Made by a program: the position numbers and the translations under genes. Positions 7,902 through 15,618 of a stretch of DNA of 16,272 nucleotides are shown in pieces (the first letter of the stretch is position 1; every line of letters starts with the position of its first letter). Source of the stretch: Chlamydiia bacterium (GTDB lineage Bacteria > Chlamydiota > Chlamydiia > Chlamydiales > 2-12-FULL-49-11); the NCBI GenBank assembly GCA_044359535.1, contig JBIKLZ010000027.1, forward strand, positions 1 to 16,272. Reading direction: 5' to 3'. The notes below the pieces were generated by a model that was not told the origin of the DNA, did not search any database, and saw only the letters and a list, made by a program, of their open reading frames with translations.

Positions 7902-8570
7902 TTAGAATCCTACAAGATAGGAAAGGGCAATATTTCCTGTAAAAAAAGGATTCCCATCATTATAGATCTCAATAAGAGGTTGATCAAACTCAAGTTTTAT
8001 GACACTAATAGCTTCAGAAGCTTTCCCCATTTCTACTCCAACAGCAAATGAGGCTCCAAAAGATGTCAATAGATTTTCTGTAAAAGTCTCCTTTGTTTGA
8101 TTATATTCATCAAATTCCTTCAAATACTCAACCTTCTTTTTTTGAGTAGAATGGGCAATATTTGTTCCAATTCCTGCAAATAGTCGATTTTCAGATTGTG
8201 TATTAAAGTAATGAAGACCCATTAACTTAGGAAAAATAGTAGTTTGTTGAAACTCTTTGATATAAATATCACTGTTTTTCATGGTTTTATACCCTCCCAT
8301 ATAGGAGAATTCAATCATTTTAGACTGAAAGAATAAAGAATCTGCAATTCTAGATTGATAGCCCATTCCAAAAACGGGAAGAAGATTGTAGGTGTCTAAA
8401 AATAGACCTGGGCCTGCTTTAAAAGTGATGTGTCCAATAGTTGCTTTATTAGCTGTGGAACTCACAGGTTGTTGACTTATTTTTGGCGCTAAAGAGGCAA
8501 AGTTTTCAGAAGAAGAATTTGCTGCAAGTGCTTGTAAGCTTAATAATAGTGTTAAAATAGTTTTTTTCAT
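7902..8570 (-). CDS. Small outer-membrane beta-barrel protein (about 8 strands), paralog 2
   Basis: Same architecture as 7097..7750. Ends GNIALSYLVGF. SD AAGGAGG. Confidence 0.8.
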   Translation of the reverse strand: MKKTILTLLLSLQALAANSSSENFASLAPKISQQPVSSTANKATIGHITFKAGPGLFLDTYNLLPVFGMGYQSRIADSLFFQSKMIEFSYMGGYKTMKNSDIYIKEFQQTTIFPKLMGLHYFNTQSENRLFAGIGTNIAHSTQKKKVEYLKEFDEYNQTKETFTENLLTSFGASFAVGVEMGKASEAISVIKLEFDQPLIEIYNDGNPFFTGNIALSYLVGF

Positions 8571-8594
8571 TGTTCCTCCTTTTTAGGAGCACTT

Positions 8595-8623
8595 AGAATA
8601 ATAAGGTGTTTTATTGAAGTCAA
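8595..8623 (-). promoter_or_regulatory. Near-consensus sigma70/sigma66 promoter of OMP paralog 2
   Basis: Minus strand: TTGACT (8623-8618), 17-nt spacer, TATTCT (8600-8595), 24 nt upstream of the ATG. Confidence 0.7.
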
Positions 8624-8629
8624 TATTTA

Positions 8630-10789
8630 TTATCCTTTTGAGGGGAGGATTGATTGTTTCCATAATCTTATCCCTTCAACTAGGGTTTTTAATAAGGCAT
8701 CGGATTGAGCGCTGTCTGAAAATCTAAGAATATAGGATAAGACGGGAATCTCATGGATAGTGATATAGGAAGTAGCTAAAGATGAGGTATCAAAGTCAAT
8801 CTGAGAAATTTCTTCCTCAATAAAATCTTTAAACAAGGAGTTGATGGTGGCAACTGTAATAATAAAATATCTTTCCCATGTAATTGTTTTAATAAAATAG
8901 ACACAGGTATTGAAATCATGTTCAAGGGCCTCTTGAAGGAGGAGAAAGGAGTGTTTTAAAGAGGTGGCTGGGAGGATGCACTGCATAAATCTGGGGGTAA
9001 AAGAATAAAAGAAGTTTTCTAAAGAGAATTCATCGTTGTAGTTGCTATGTAAAAGCTGTCTTTTAAGCTCAACAAGAACCTCATTTTGTTTTGCAATCAT
9101 CCCCCCGTTAAAATCGCGTACTTCCCCAACAATGGAAGAAATAAAAGAAAAAACATCTTTTCGGGCTCTTGTAAGGTCTAAAGAAAAATCAAGACGCAGA
9201 TATTCTTTTTTAGGGCAAAGAATTTCAAGGATATACCCTTTTTTAGGGATTTTTTTTCTGATTTTACCTACTGTTTTTACTTCCATTTCTTTTATGAAAA
9301 TAGATTTGTTTGATCCATTTTCTTTGATGTGAATCTCATTGACCCCTGGATGTTCAGCTCGTACTAACAAAACGGTAAAAATAAGGTTTGCATTTTCTTG
9401 AGACTGATAATTGATCATCACTTGTGGTAAATCAGTAGGAAACCTTAATTGATTGTTGAGGGTTAAAATATTTCGAAGGATCTCCTCCTCATTTCTGGGC
9501 ATAAAAATAGTGTTTGAAACACTTTCTATTCGAGAAATCACCTGCTCAGTGAGCCTTTCCTGAAGAACCTTAATCTCATTTTTTGAAAAAATGCCTATCG
9601 ATTTTTCTATTTCCATGTAGATGATTCGAGTTCCTGTGTACTCTCTTTTATTATGAATTATAGAATCTTTCACCCCTTTAATAGGTGAAATTAAAGTGGT
9701 TAACGCTGACATTAGATGGCGTTCGTCGAAAACCTCGCTTTCAGAGGAGAAGTTAATAGCAACTAAAATTCCAACTACAGGTTTTTTTACCCCATCTTGT
9801 TCGATAACCGTTTTTAAAATTTTAGTAACAGCAAATCGATCCGATGGGTTTTGATTAAAAGCGTGGGCGGCCCGCTTTCTTAATAGATAGGTATAAGAGA
9901 TGATCCTAGTAACATAGGTAAGTTTTCTTTCATTAGAGAACTTTCTTTTTGTAGGAAAAATGAATTTTTGAATTTCGTTAAATAGATCTCTTTCAAAAAT
10001 TTGAGGATTTAAATCAATTAGTGGGGCTAGATTTTTTTTGATTGTAGCTATTTTTTCTTCAGAGGTAGCTTTTAATAGAAAATGTTGCATTTGCTCGAAA
10101 AGATTGTGATTGTAGCCCTTAGATGGAATGTCTAACAATTCTGAAATATTTTCTTGAACAATGATTCTTTTTTGATCCTCAGTGAGATTATTTGTAGAAA
10201 CAACTCTTCGTGCATGACTTACAGCAAGGATGTTGATTTTTAATTCATGGATTAAATCAGGGAGGTTTGCTTCGACAGCGGCTAAGTTTTTCGGATCATC
10301 AATTTCTATGAACATTTCATGAAAAAATAGCCCTTTTCCCTTGTAATGCTTGAATTGAACAACAGCTGAATGAACATGGGATAAAGAGATGCTTTTTCCA
10401 GGAAGAAGCCATTTGGTAAAATAATCGCAAATAAATCTTCCTAATTCTCTTGTGTAAGAAGCTTTAGAAAGAGTTGAAATGGATAAAGTCACATTTGGAC
10501 CTTCAGAATAAAAGGTAGATTTAATTAAAGGGCAATGGTCAAAAATAGATCTATAAAAGCGCCCCTTTTTTTGTTCATCATAAAGATTGTGAATCTCATT
10601 TCCATATTCCAAACAGGGAGAAGGCAACATTTCATTGATTACGGATTGAATGCTTTCATGATAGTTTTCTAAATGAACCCTCCGGTGAATTGGAATACTG
10701 TACAATGGGATTACACGCATGAGTTCATTAAATAAGGGGAGATTCCCTTTTTTCTCAGAACTCATTTCCATTGGAAAATATATATTCAC
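8630..10789 (-). CDS. Large cytoplasmic hypothetical protein (about 719 aa), possibly with several ACT-like alpha/beta domains
   Basis: Long ORF 32 bp downstream of oppA. No signal peptide or obvious TM segment. Start is uncertain (GTG 10789 or a nearby downstream ATG). Conserved-looking blocks FMPRNEEEILRNI and GEVRDFNGGMI. Confidence 0.8.
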   Translation of the reverse strand: MNIYFPMEMSSEKKGNLPLFNELMRVIPLYSIPIHRRVHLENYHESIQSVINEMLPSPCLEYGNEIHNLYDEQKKGRFYRSIFDHCPLIKSTFYSEGPNVTLSISTLSKASYTRELGRFICDYFTKWLLPGKSISLSHVHSAVVQFKHYKGKGLFFHEMFIEIDDPKNLAAVEANLPDLIHELKINILAVSHARRVVSTNNLTEDQKRIIVQENISELLDIPSKGYNHNLFEQMQHFLLKATSEEKIATIKKNLAPLIDLNPQIFERDLFNEIQKFIFPTKRKFSNERKLTYVTRIISYTYLLRKRAAHAFNQNPSDRFAVTKILKTVIEQDGVKKPVVGILVAINFSSESEVFDERHLMSALTTLISPIKGVKDSIIHNKREYTGTRIIYMEIEKSIGIFSKNEIKVLQERLTEQVISRIESVSNTIFMPRNEEEILRNILTLNNQLRFPTDLPQVMINYQSQENANLIFTVLLVRAEHPGVNEIHIKENGSNKSIFIKEMEVKTVGKIRKKIPKKGYILEILCPKKEYLRLDFSLDLTRARKDVFSFISSIVGEVRDFNGGMIAKQNEVLVELKRQLLHSNYNDEFSLENFFYSFTPRFMQCILPATSLKHSFLLLQEALEHDFNTCVYFIKTITWERYFIITVATINSLFKDFIEEEISQIDFDTSSLATSYITIHEIPVLSYILRFSDSAQSDALLKTLVEGIRLWKQSILPSKG

Positions 10790-10821
10790 TGCATCACCAC
10801 ACTTACTTTTCTATTTAGTAA

Positions 10822-12489
10822 CTATTTATCTATGTAGCTATCTTGATTAATCAAAAATTGACTAGGTCGATTCGATGGAAGGAGATCCTTTTCAAGTTTA
10901 ACTTTCGGGAGATAAAGAGTTCCTGAGGGATCGACAAAAAGATCTTTGATATAAGGTTTGTGCATATAAGGACTTTTCCAATGATATATTGCTGTTAAAG
11001 GAACCTCTTCATTGATCACATCCAGAGCTTTATTCAGTTCAGAAAAGCGCTCCTCTTTGTTTGCATAAAATAAGGATCTATCGACAAGCTCTCTATAAGT
11101 TTGGTTGTCAAAACCTGGGTAATTTTTTGCATTTTCTTTGATTCTAAAACGGTCCAAAATGCTCATTGGATCATAATAGTGAACAATCCAGACACATTGA
11201 CCAATGCAGTAGTCCTTTTTTCCCAATTTGTCTAAAAAGACTTTATATTCAAAGCCATTGAGCTCAACAGTGATGTCTAAAGCTCTTCTCCACTGTTCTT
11301 GTATAGCTTGAGCTACCTTTGGATAAATGCCTGTCGATGCATGCAAAAGGGTGAGTTTTGGGAGCTGTTCTTTAGTAATACCTAATTCTTCAAGCCCCTT
11401 TTTTAAATACATTTTTGCAGTCTCTACATCCCCATCTTTAAAAAAGGGCTCTGGTTGGTTGGATAAAAGGGAGTCAGGGAGAAGTTTTACCCCAGGAATT
11501 TCTCCTGTTTGAGTGATATTATCCACAATCTCCTTTCGATTCACAGAGTAAGCGAAAGCTTTTCTAATGTTTTTGTTATTAAAAGGGTACTTATTTAAGT
11601 TAAAGCAGCAGATTGTTGATGCAGGAATCTCTGTGGTTTTAATCAATCCTTTGTCAAGTAGATTAGGTATTGCATCTGAAGGTATTCCAGTAAATGGAAG
11701 GCCTATCATATCTAATTGATTGTTTAGAAACATATTTAGCGCTGTGGTTTCATTATCTATGATAGAAATAGTGATTTGCTCTAATTCTACAGAATCAGCG
11801 TCCCAGTAATAAGGGTTTTTTTCAAAAATGATTTCATTGCCAATTTTTCTTCGTGCAAGTCTGTAGGGACCATTGCACACAAAATCTTTATCCACAGCTT
11901 CAGCCCAGTCACTGTTTTGTTGAGTGTGGTGTTGACAAACGGGGGAAAATACGCAACATGAAATAAGCTCTTTGAAAAACGGGGTTGGAGCCTCAAGATT
12001 GATTTCAAGGGTGTTGTAGTTTAACGCGTGAATACCCACATCTTTTAAGGAAACAAGGCCTTTTTTAGCCTTTTCAGCATTAAGTATTGGGAATAAAAGG
12101 TGTGCATTGGGCGCTGGAAAATATGGATCTAGCATATCTAGCCAGGTTTGAGAAAAGTCGTAGGCAGTGATAGGGGTCCCATTGGACCATTTTGCCTCTC
12201 TAAGATGAAAAGTATAGGTGAGTTCATCTTCAGAAACATCGACTCTTTCAGCAATAGCTGGTGCTGCTAAAGAATCAGGGGTCATCCTTAACAAACCCTC
12301 AAAAAGAAAAAATTGAAGGGTTGAAGAGGTGTAATCAGCTCCTTTTCGAGGATCTAGTGTTAAAGGTTCTTGAATGATATTTAAATGAATTCCATTGACA
12401 ATTTTTTTCGAAGTGGGCGATTTAGAGCAAGAAGCAAGACTCATAAGAAAAGAAAGGGTTAAGAGAAAATAACGTAGTAATTTTTTCAT
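10822..12489 (-). CDS. oppA: Oligopeptide ABC transporter substrate-binding lipoprotein (family 5 SBP)
   Basis: Lipobox LAS-C. Motifs EPLTLDP, LFEGL, YTFHLREAKWSNGTPITAYDF, NGPY, KNPYYWD and PFNNKNIRKAF. Confidence 0.93.
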   Translation of the reverse strand: MKKLLRYFLLTLSFLMSLASCSKSPTSKKIVNGIHLNIIQEPLTLDPRKGADYTSSTLQFFLFEGLLRMTPDSLAAPAIAERVDVSEDELTYTFHLREAKWSNGTPITAYDFSQTWLDMLDPYFPAPNAHLLFPILNAEKAKKGLVSLKDVGIHALNYNTLEINLEAPTPFFKELISCCVFSPVCQHHTQQNSDWAEAVDKDFVCNGPYRLARRKIGNEIIFEKNPYYWDADSVELEQITISIIDNETTALNMFLNNQLDMIGLPFTGIPSDAIPNLLDKGLIKTTEIPASTICCFNLNKYPFNNKNIRKAFAYSVNRKEIVDNITQTGEIPGVKLLPDSLLSNQPEPFFKDGDVETAKMYLKKGLEELGITKEQLPKLTLLHASTGIYPKVAQAIQEQWRRALDITVELNGFEYKVFLDKLGKKDYCIGQCVWIVHYYDPMSILDRFRIKENAKNYPGFDNQTYRELVDRSLFYANKEERFSELNKALDVINEEVPLTAIYHWKSPYMHKPYIKDLFVDPSGTLYLPKVKLEKDLLPSNRPSQFLINQDSYIDK

Positions 12490-12525
12490 TTTAGTGTATC
12501 CAATAGGTTAAGAAAAAAGAAATTT

Positions 12526-12534
12526 ATTGTAACA
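12526..12534 (-). promoter_or_regulatory. Candidate extended -10 promoter of oppA
   Basis: Minus strand reads TGT-TACAAT, 36 nt upstream of the ATG at 12489, within the AT-rich divergent intergenic region 12490-12633. Confidence 0.5.
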
Positions 12535-12633
12535 GAGAAAAAAAGTAAAGAATAAAAAAAAATTATTTAAAAAAAACAGATGCAATTAGCTTTGTTTCGT
12601 GATATACACAAAAAGAACTCTTAAGGGAACTTC

Positions 12634-14160
12634 ATGTCATTTCGTTTTTCAAAAGATAACTGGCTTGTTATATTTGCAATGGTTTGTGGATCATCTATGA
12701 TTTTCTTGGATTTTACTATTTTACCTGTGGCCCTTCCAACAATACAAAAGGAGTTGGATATTTCTGATGTGAATTTACAGTGGATTGTAAACGTCTATTT
12801 TTTAACAAACGCAAGCTTTGTGATTTTTGGAGGAAAATTAGGGGATATATTTGGTTCTAGAAAAATATTTGTTATTGGAACAGCTTTGTTTGGATGTGCC
12901 TCAACTTTGGGGGGATTTGCGTGGGACAGTTTATTTTTGATCGTTTCTAGGGTCTTTCAAGGTATTGCCGCTGCTTTAATCACCCCTGCAAGTTCAGCAA
13001 TTATTATCACAAAATTCCCAGAAAATCAAAGAGGAAAGGCTATGGGGATTATTGTTGCTGCAAGCTCATTATTTTTATCTCTGGGACCGTTTATAGGTGG
13101 GATTATTACACAATTTTTTGATTGGAGATGGATCTTTTTTATGAATATTTTCATCTCTTTGATTGGGGTTTTTGCAACACTAAAATATGTCCCTATTTAT
13201 CCATCTAAAAGGGTTAAAATTGACACAGTGAGTTTATTGCTCTTTATTGGTGGGTTATTTTTAATCACCCTTGGAGCAATGGAGGGGGGGAGATTGGGTT
13301 GGTTTTCCTATCCAATTATCCTTTCATTTATTATTGGCTCTGTTCTTTTCTTTTTCTTTTACCTTCATTACAGGGGACATAAAACTCTTGAGCCCTTTTT
13401 AGATTTTAGTCTTTTTAAAAAAGTGAATTTTTTAGCAGGGAGTATTCAAGCCTTTATTGTCCAATTTCTTTTGATGAATGCAGTTTTTTGGGCAATTTTT
13501 CTCCAAGATGGATTGGAATTTTCTCCATCAGTAGCTGGTTTTTGGACCTTTTGTTCAACAATTTTCATTTTGATCACAGCCCCTTTTGCGGGGTATCTTT
13601 CAGATAAATTTGGATTAAAACTTCCTGTGACACTCGGTTTTATTGGGTTGATGATCTGCTTTATAGGAATCATTTCCTTTTTAGAGACCCATCTTTTTTA
13701 CTTCCTTATGGGTGCTGTCATTATCTTTGGATTTTCCATTTCCTTAGTTTTTACTCCAATGGCTTCATTTATAATTACAGCAGCTCCCATAGAAAAAAGA
13801 GGGCTTGTGGCAGGGATTTATAATACTATGAGGTTTACAGGAGCCACACTTGGGATAGCTGTTTTAGGCTCTATCTATACAAATGTCTATGATCATAAAG
13901 AACAAAGATATATTTCTAGCCACTACCCACATCCTTCAAAAGAGCAAAAAAAAGAGTGGTATCAAATAGCAAAAAACCAAAAAGCGCTATCGGAAAAGGG
14001 TTTAAATACAAAGGAGATTAAAAAAGTGGTTAAACTTTCTGCATACTCAGCCTTATATGCGATCTCTGTCCTTTCTTTAATTTTTTCATTTATTGGATTA
14101 TTACTTGTTTTTATAGAAAAGGTGCAGGTAAGATCGAATAAATCAAAGGGTTCTTTATGA
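12634..14160 (+). CDS. DHA2 family (EmrB/QacA-like) 14-TMS MFS transporter
   Basis: FLDFTILPVALPTI; motif A GGKLGDIFGSRK; RVFQGIAAA; GPFIGG; WRWIFFMN; second-half AGYLSDKFG. SD AAGGGA. Confidence 0.92.
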   Translation: MSFRFSKDNWLVIFAMVCGSSMIFLDFTILPVALPTIQKELDISDVNLQWIVNVYFLTNASFVIFGGKLGDIFGSRKIFVIGTALFGCASTLGGFAWDSLFLIVSRVFQGIAAALITPASSAIIITKFPENQRGKAMGIIVAASSLFLSLGPFIGGIITQFFDWRWIFFMNIFISLIGVFATLKYVPIYPSKRVKIDTVSLLLFIGGLFLITLGAMEGGRLGWFSYPIILSFIIGSVLFFFFYLHYRGHKTLEPFLDFSLFKKVNFLAGSIQAFIVQFLLMNAVFWAIFLQDGLEFSPSVAGFWTFCSTIFILITAPFAGYLSDKFGLKLPVTLGFIGLMICFIGIISFLETHLFYFLMGAVIIFGFSISLVFTPMASFIITAAPIEKRGLVAGIYNTMRFTGATLGIAVLGSIYTNVYDHKEQRYISSHYPHPSKEQKKEWYQIAKNQKALSEKGLNTKEIKKVVKLSAYSALYAISVLSLIFSFIGLLLVFIEKVQVRSNKSKGSL

Positions 14161-14966
14161 AAATGAATATGTTTGTAGCAATGGTCTTACTTTCCACTTT
14201 TGGCTTTGTAAAAGCTCAAGCTTCTTCAATCACAGTTATAAGGTTAGAAAACTCAAAATACAACTCTAATGCAAGATTAAAGATCACCTCACCGCAGATT
14301 TTAAAAAAAGAGTCTCCAATTCTCCTTTTAGTCTCCAATTTTCCTATCGGAGTCGATGTCAATTCCCCCCAATTTAAAGAGTTAGGTCTTAGTGTAAATC
14401 CTTCTGGGTCAAGGGTTCTTGTAATTTTTAGTAATGGAAAAAGAATTTATGTGACTAAAGATGATGTCAATTTACTCCTTACAGAAAGGGCCTATTTTGA
14501 TAAACGTTTTAGAATCACTATTCCTAAAGATATTTATAATGAAATTTCTGAAACAAATTTTGAAATGTATAGTATGCTTGTTACAAGTTATGGGGAGACC
14601 ATTAAAAGCGATACAGCATTTTATACCGATGTTTATAGCTACCAACAAGAAAAAAAGGGGATTCAAGAGCATAAAGGGGATTTAAAAAGACCCTTCATCG
14701 TTTATAATGAGCCTTTTGGGCAAAAAGTAAGTGGCAATATTTTATTGGATTTTATTGTGAGAAATGCAATTATTTCCCCTAATGAGTATAAGGTCGATGT
14801 CTATATTGATGGGGTTAAAATTCAAAGATTGTACAGCCAAACCCCTCATGTTTTGCAAAATATTCCAAAAGGGAAACATGAATGTCGATTAGAACTTATT
14901 GATGGGGAAGGAAAGATTGTGAAAAATAGTGTATCTATCAACTCAGCAACAATTTACGTAAAATAA
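14157..14966 (+). CDS. Exported beta-sandwich hypothetical protein
   Basis: Signal peptide ending AQA. C-terminal block YNEP...ILLDF...YKVDVYIDG...GKHECRLELIDGEG is typical of small Ig-like periplasmic domains. ATGA overlap with the MFS stop codon. Confidence 0.8.
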   Translation: MKMNMFVAMVLLSTFGFVKAQASSITVIRLENSKYNSNARLKITSPQILKKESPILLLVSNFPIGVDVNSPQFKELGLSVNPSGSRVLVIFSNGKRIYVTKDDVNLLLTERAYFDKRFRITIPKDIYNEISETNFEMYSMLVTSYGETIKSDTAFYTDVYSYQQEKKGIQEHKGDLKRPFIVYNEPFGQKVSGNILLDFIVRNAIISPNEYKVDVYIDGVKIQRLYSQTPHVLQNIPKGKHECRLELIDGEGKIVKNSVSINSATIYVK

Positions 14967-14984
14967 TAACTTAGGAGTCATTAT

Positions 14985-15164
14985 ATGAATAAGTGGTGTT
15001 ACACCCAAAATAAGTGTTGGGGCTTTTTGCTAACTGCATTAGGTGCCTTTCTTTTAACGTATAACTTATGTCCAGAATCCGATATTATATTGTATTGGCC
15101 CATTTTTTTAATTGGAGCCGGTCTTTGTCGGATGTTTTGGGGGTCTTCTTCAAAAGATAAATAA
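14985..15164 (+). CDS. 59-aa two-TM membrane microprotein (WPxxLIxxG, LiaF-TM/DUF5668-like), paralog A; not in ORF track
   Basis: Hand translation: MNKWCYTQNKCWGFLLTALGAFLLTYNLCPESDIILYWPIFLIGAGLCRMFWGSSSKDK. SD AGGAG at 14973-14977. Clear paralogy to 15295..15483. Confidence 0.85.
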   Translation: MNKWCYTQNKCWGFLLTALGAFLLTYNLCPESDIILYWPIFLIGAGLCRMFWGSSSKDK

Positions 15165-15294
15165 TGCTAAAACATGAGGGTTAAACTCTTATGATAATGT
15201 ATTTTTATAAAAGAAAAGTCTTGAGAAAATAATTCTCTTTTGTAAAGTCATGATTATATACATATGTATGTGTGTAAAATCAAAAGGAGAATTA

Positions 15295-15483
15295 ATGTTG
15301 AAAAAGTGTAATATAAGTCATAATAAGTGCTGGGGCCTTTTAATAGCAGCTTTCGGTACGTTCTTTTTAGTTGCAAACTTAATTCCTAGCCACGCAATGA
15401 TGAGATACTGGCCGGTGTTTTTAATTGCTGCAGGTATTATGAAAATGCATTGCGGTTCTTGCAGTAAAGGAGATAAAAACTAG
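15295..15483 (+). CDS. 62-aa two-TM membrane microprotein (WPxxLIxxG, LiaF-TM/DUF5668-like), paralog B
   Basis: Start moved from 15250 to the ATG at 15295, which has SD AAGGAG upstream and aligns with paralog A. Followed by a terminator. Confidence 0.85.
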   Translation: MLKKCNISHNKCWGLLIAAFGTFFLVANLIPSHAMMRYWPVFLIAAGIMKMHCGSCSKGDKN

Positions 15484-15508
15484 ATTTATTTTAAAAAATA
15501 AGGAAGTT

Positions 15509-15548
15509 AAAAAGATGTAGCAGAGTTGTTACATCTTTTTTGTTTTTT
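15509..15548 (+). terminator. Rho-independent terminator
   Basis: AAAAAGATGTAGCA-GAGT-TGTTACATCTTTTT (14-bp stem, one G-U pair), followed by TGTTTTTT. Confidence 0.8.
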
Positions 15549-15578
15549 AGTTGCTAAAAAGTGAAAAAATATAAAGGG

Positions 15579-15600
15579 TGTAATTAAGATGTAATTAAGA
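15579..15600 (+). repeat. Perfect 11-bp tandem direct repeat (TGTAATTAAGA x2)
   Basis: Read directly at 15579-15589 and 15590-15600; ends 18 nt upstream of the ATG at 15619. Confidence 0.85.
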
Positions 15601-15618
15601 TTAAAGGGAGCCCCTTAA

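Larger units (their letters stand above)
7097..8600 (-). repeat. Tandem gene duplication: two OMP paralogs including RBS and -10 region
   Basis: Manual alignment gives about 157/217 identical residues (~72%). DNA similarity extends about 30 bp upstream of each ATG (CCTAAAAAGGAGGA shared). Confidence 0.93.

Noticed and set aside
9042-14685. ORFs 9042..9332, 11327..11512, 11787..12008, 13446..13673, 14461..14685 and 14472..14672
   Set aside because: Shadow ORFs nested in long, well-supported CDSs; none has recognisable features.
15250-15294. Upstream start for microprotein B given by the ORF track
   Set aside because: The SD (AAGGAG) precedes the ATG at 15295, and the paralog alignment begins there.
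15579-15600. CRISPR or mobile-element interpretation of repeats
   Set aside because: Only two adjacent 11-bp units with no spacers. No cas, transposase or integrase gene is visible in the window.
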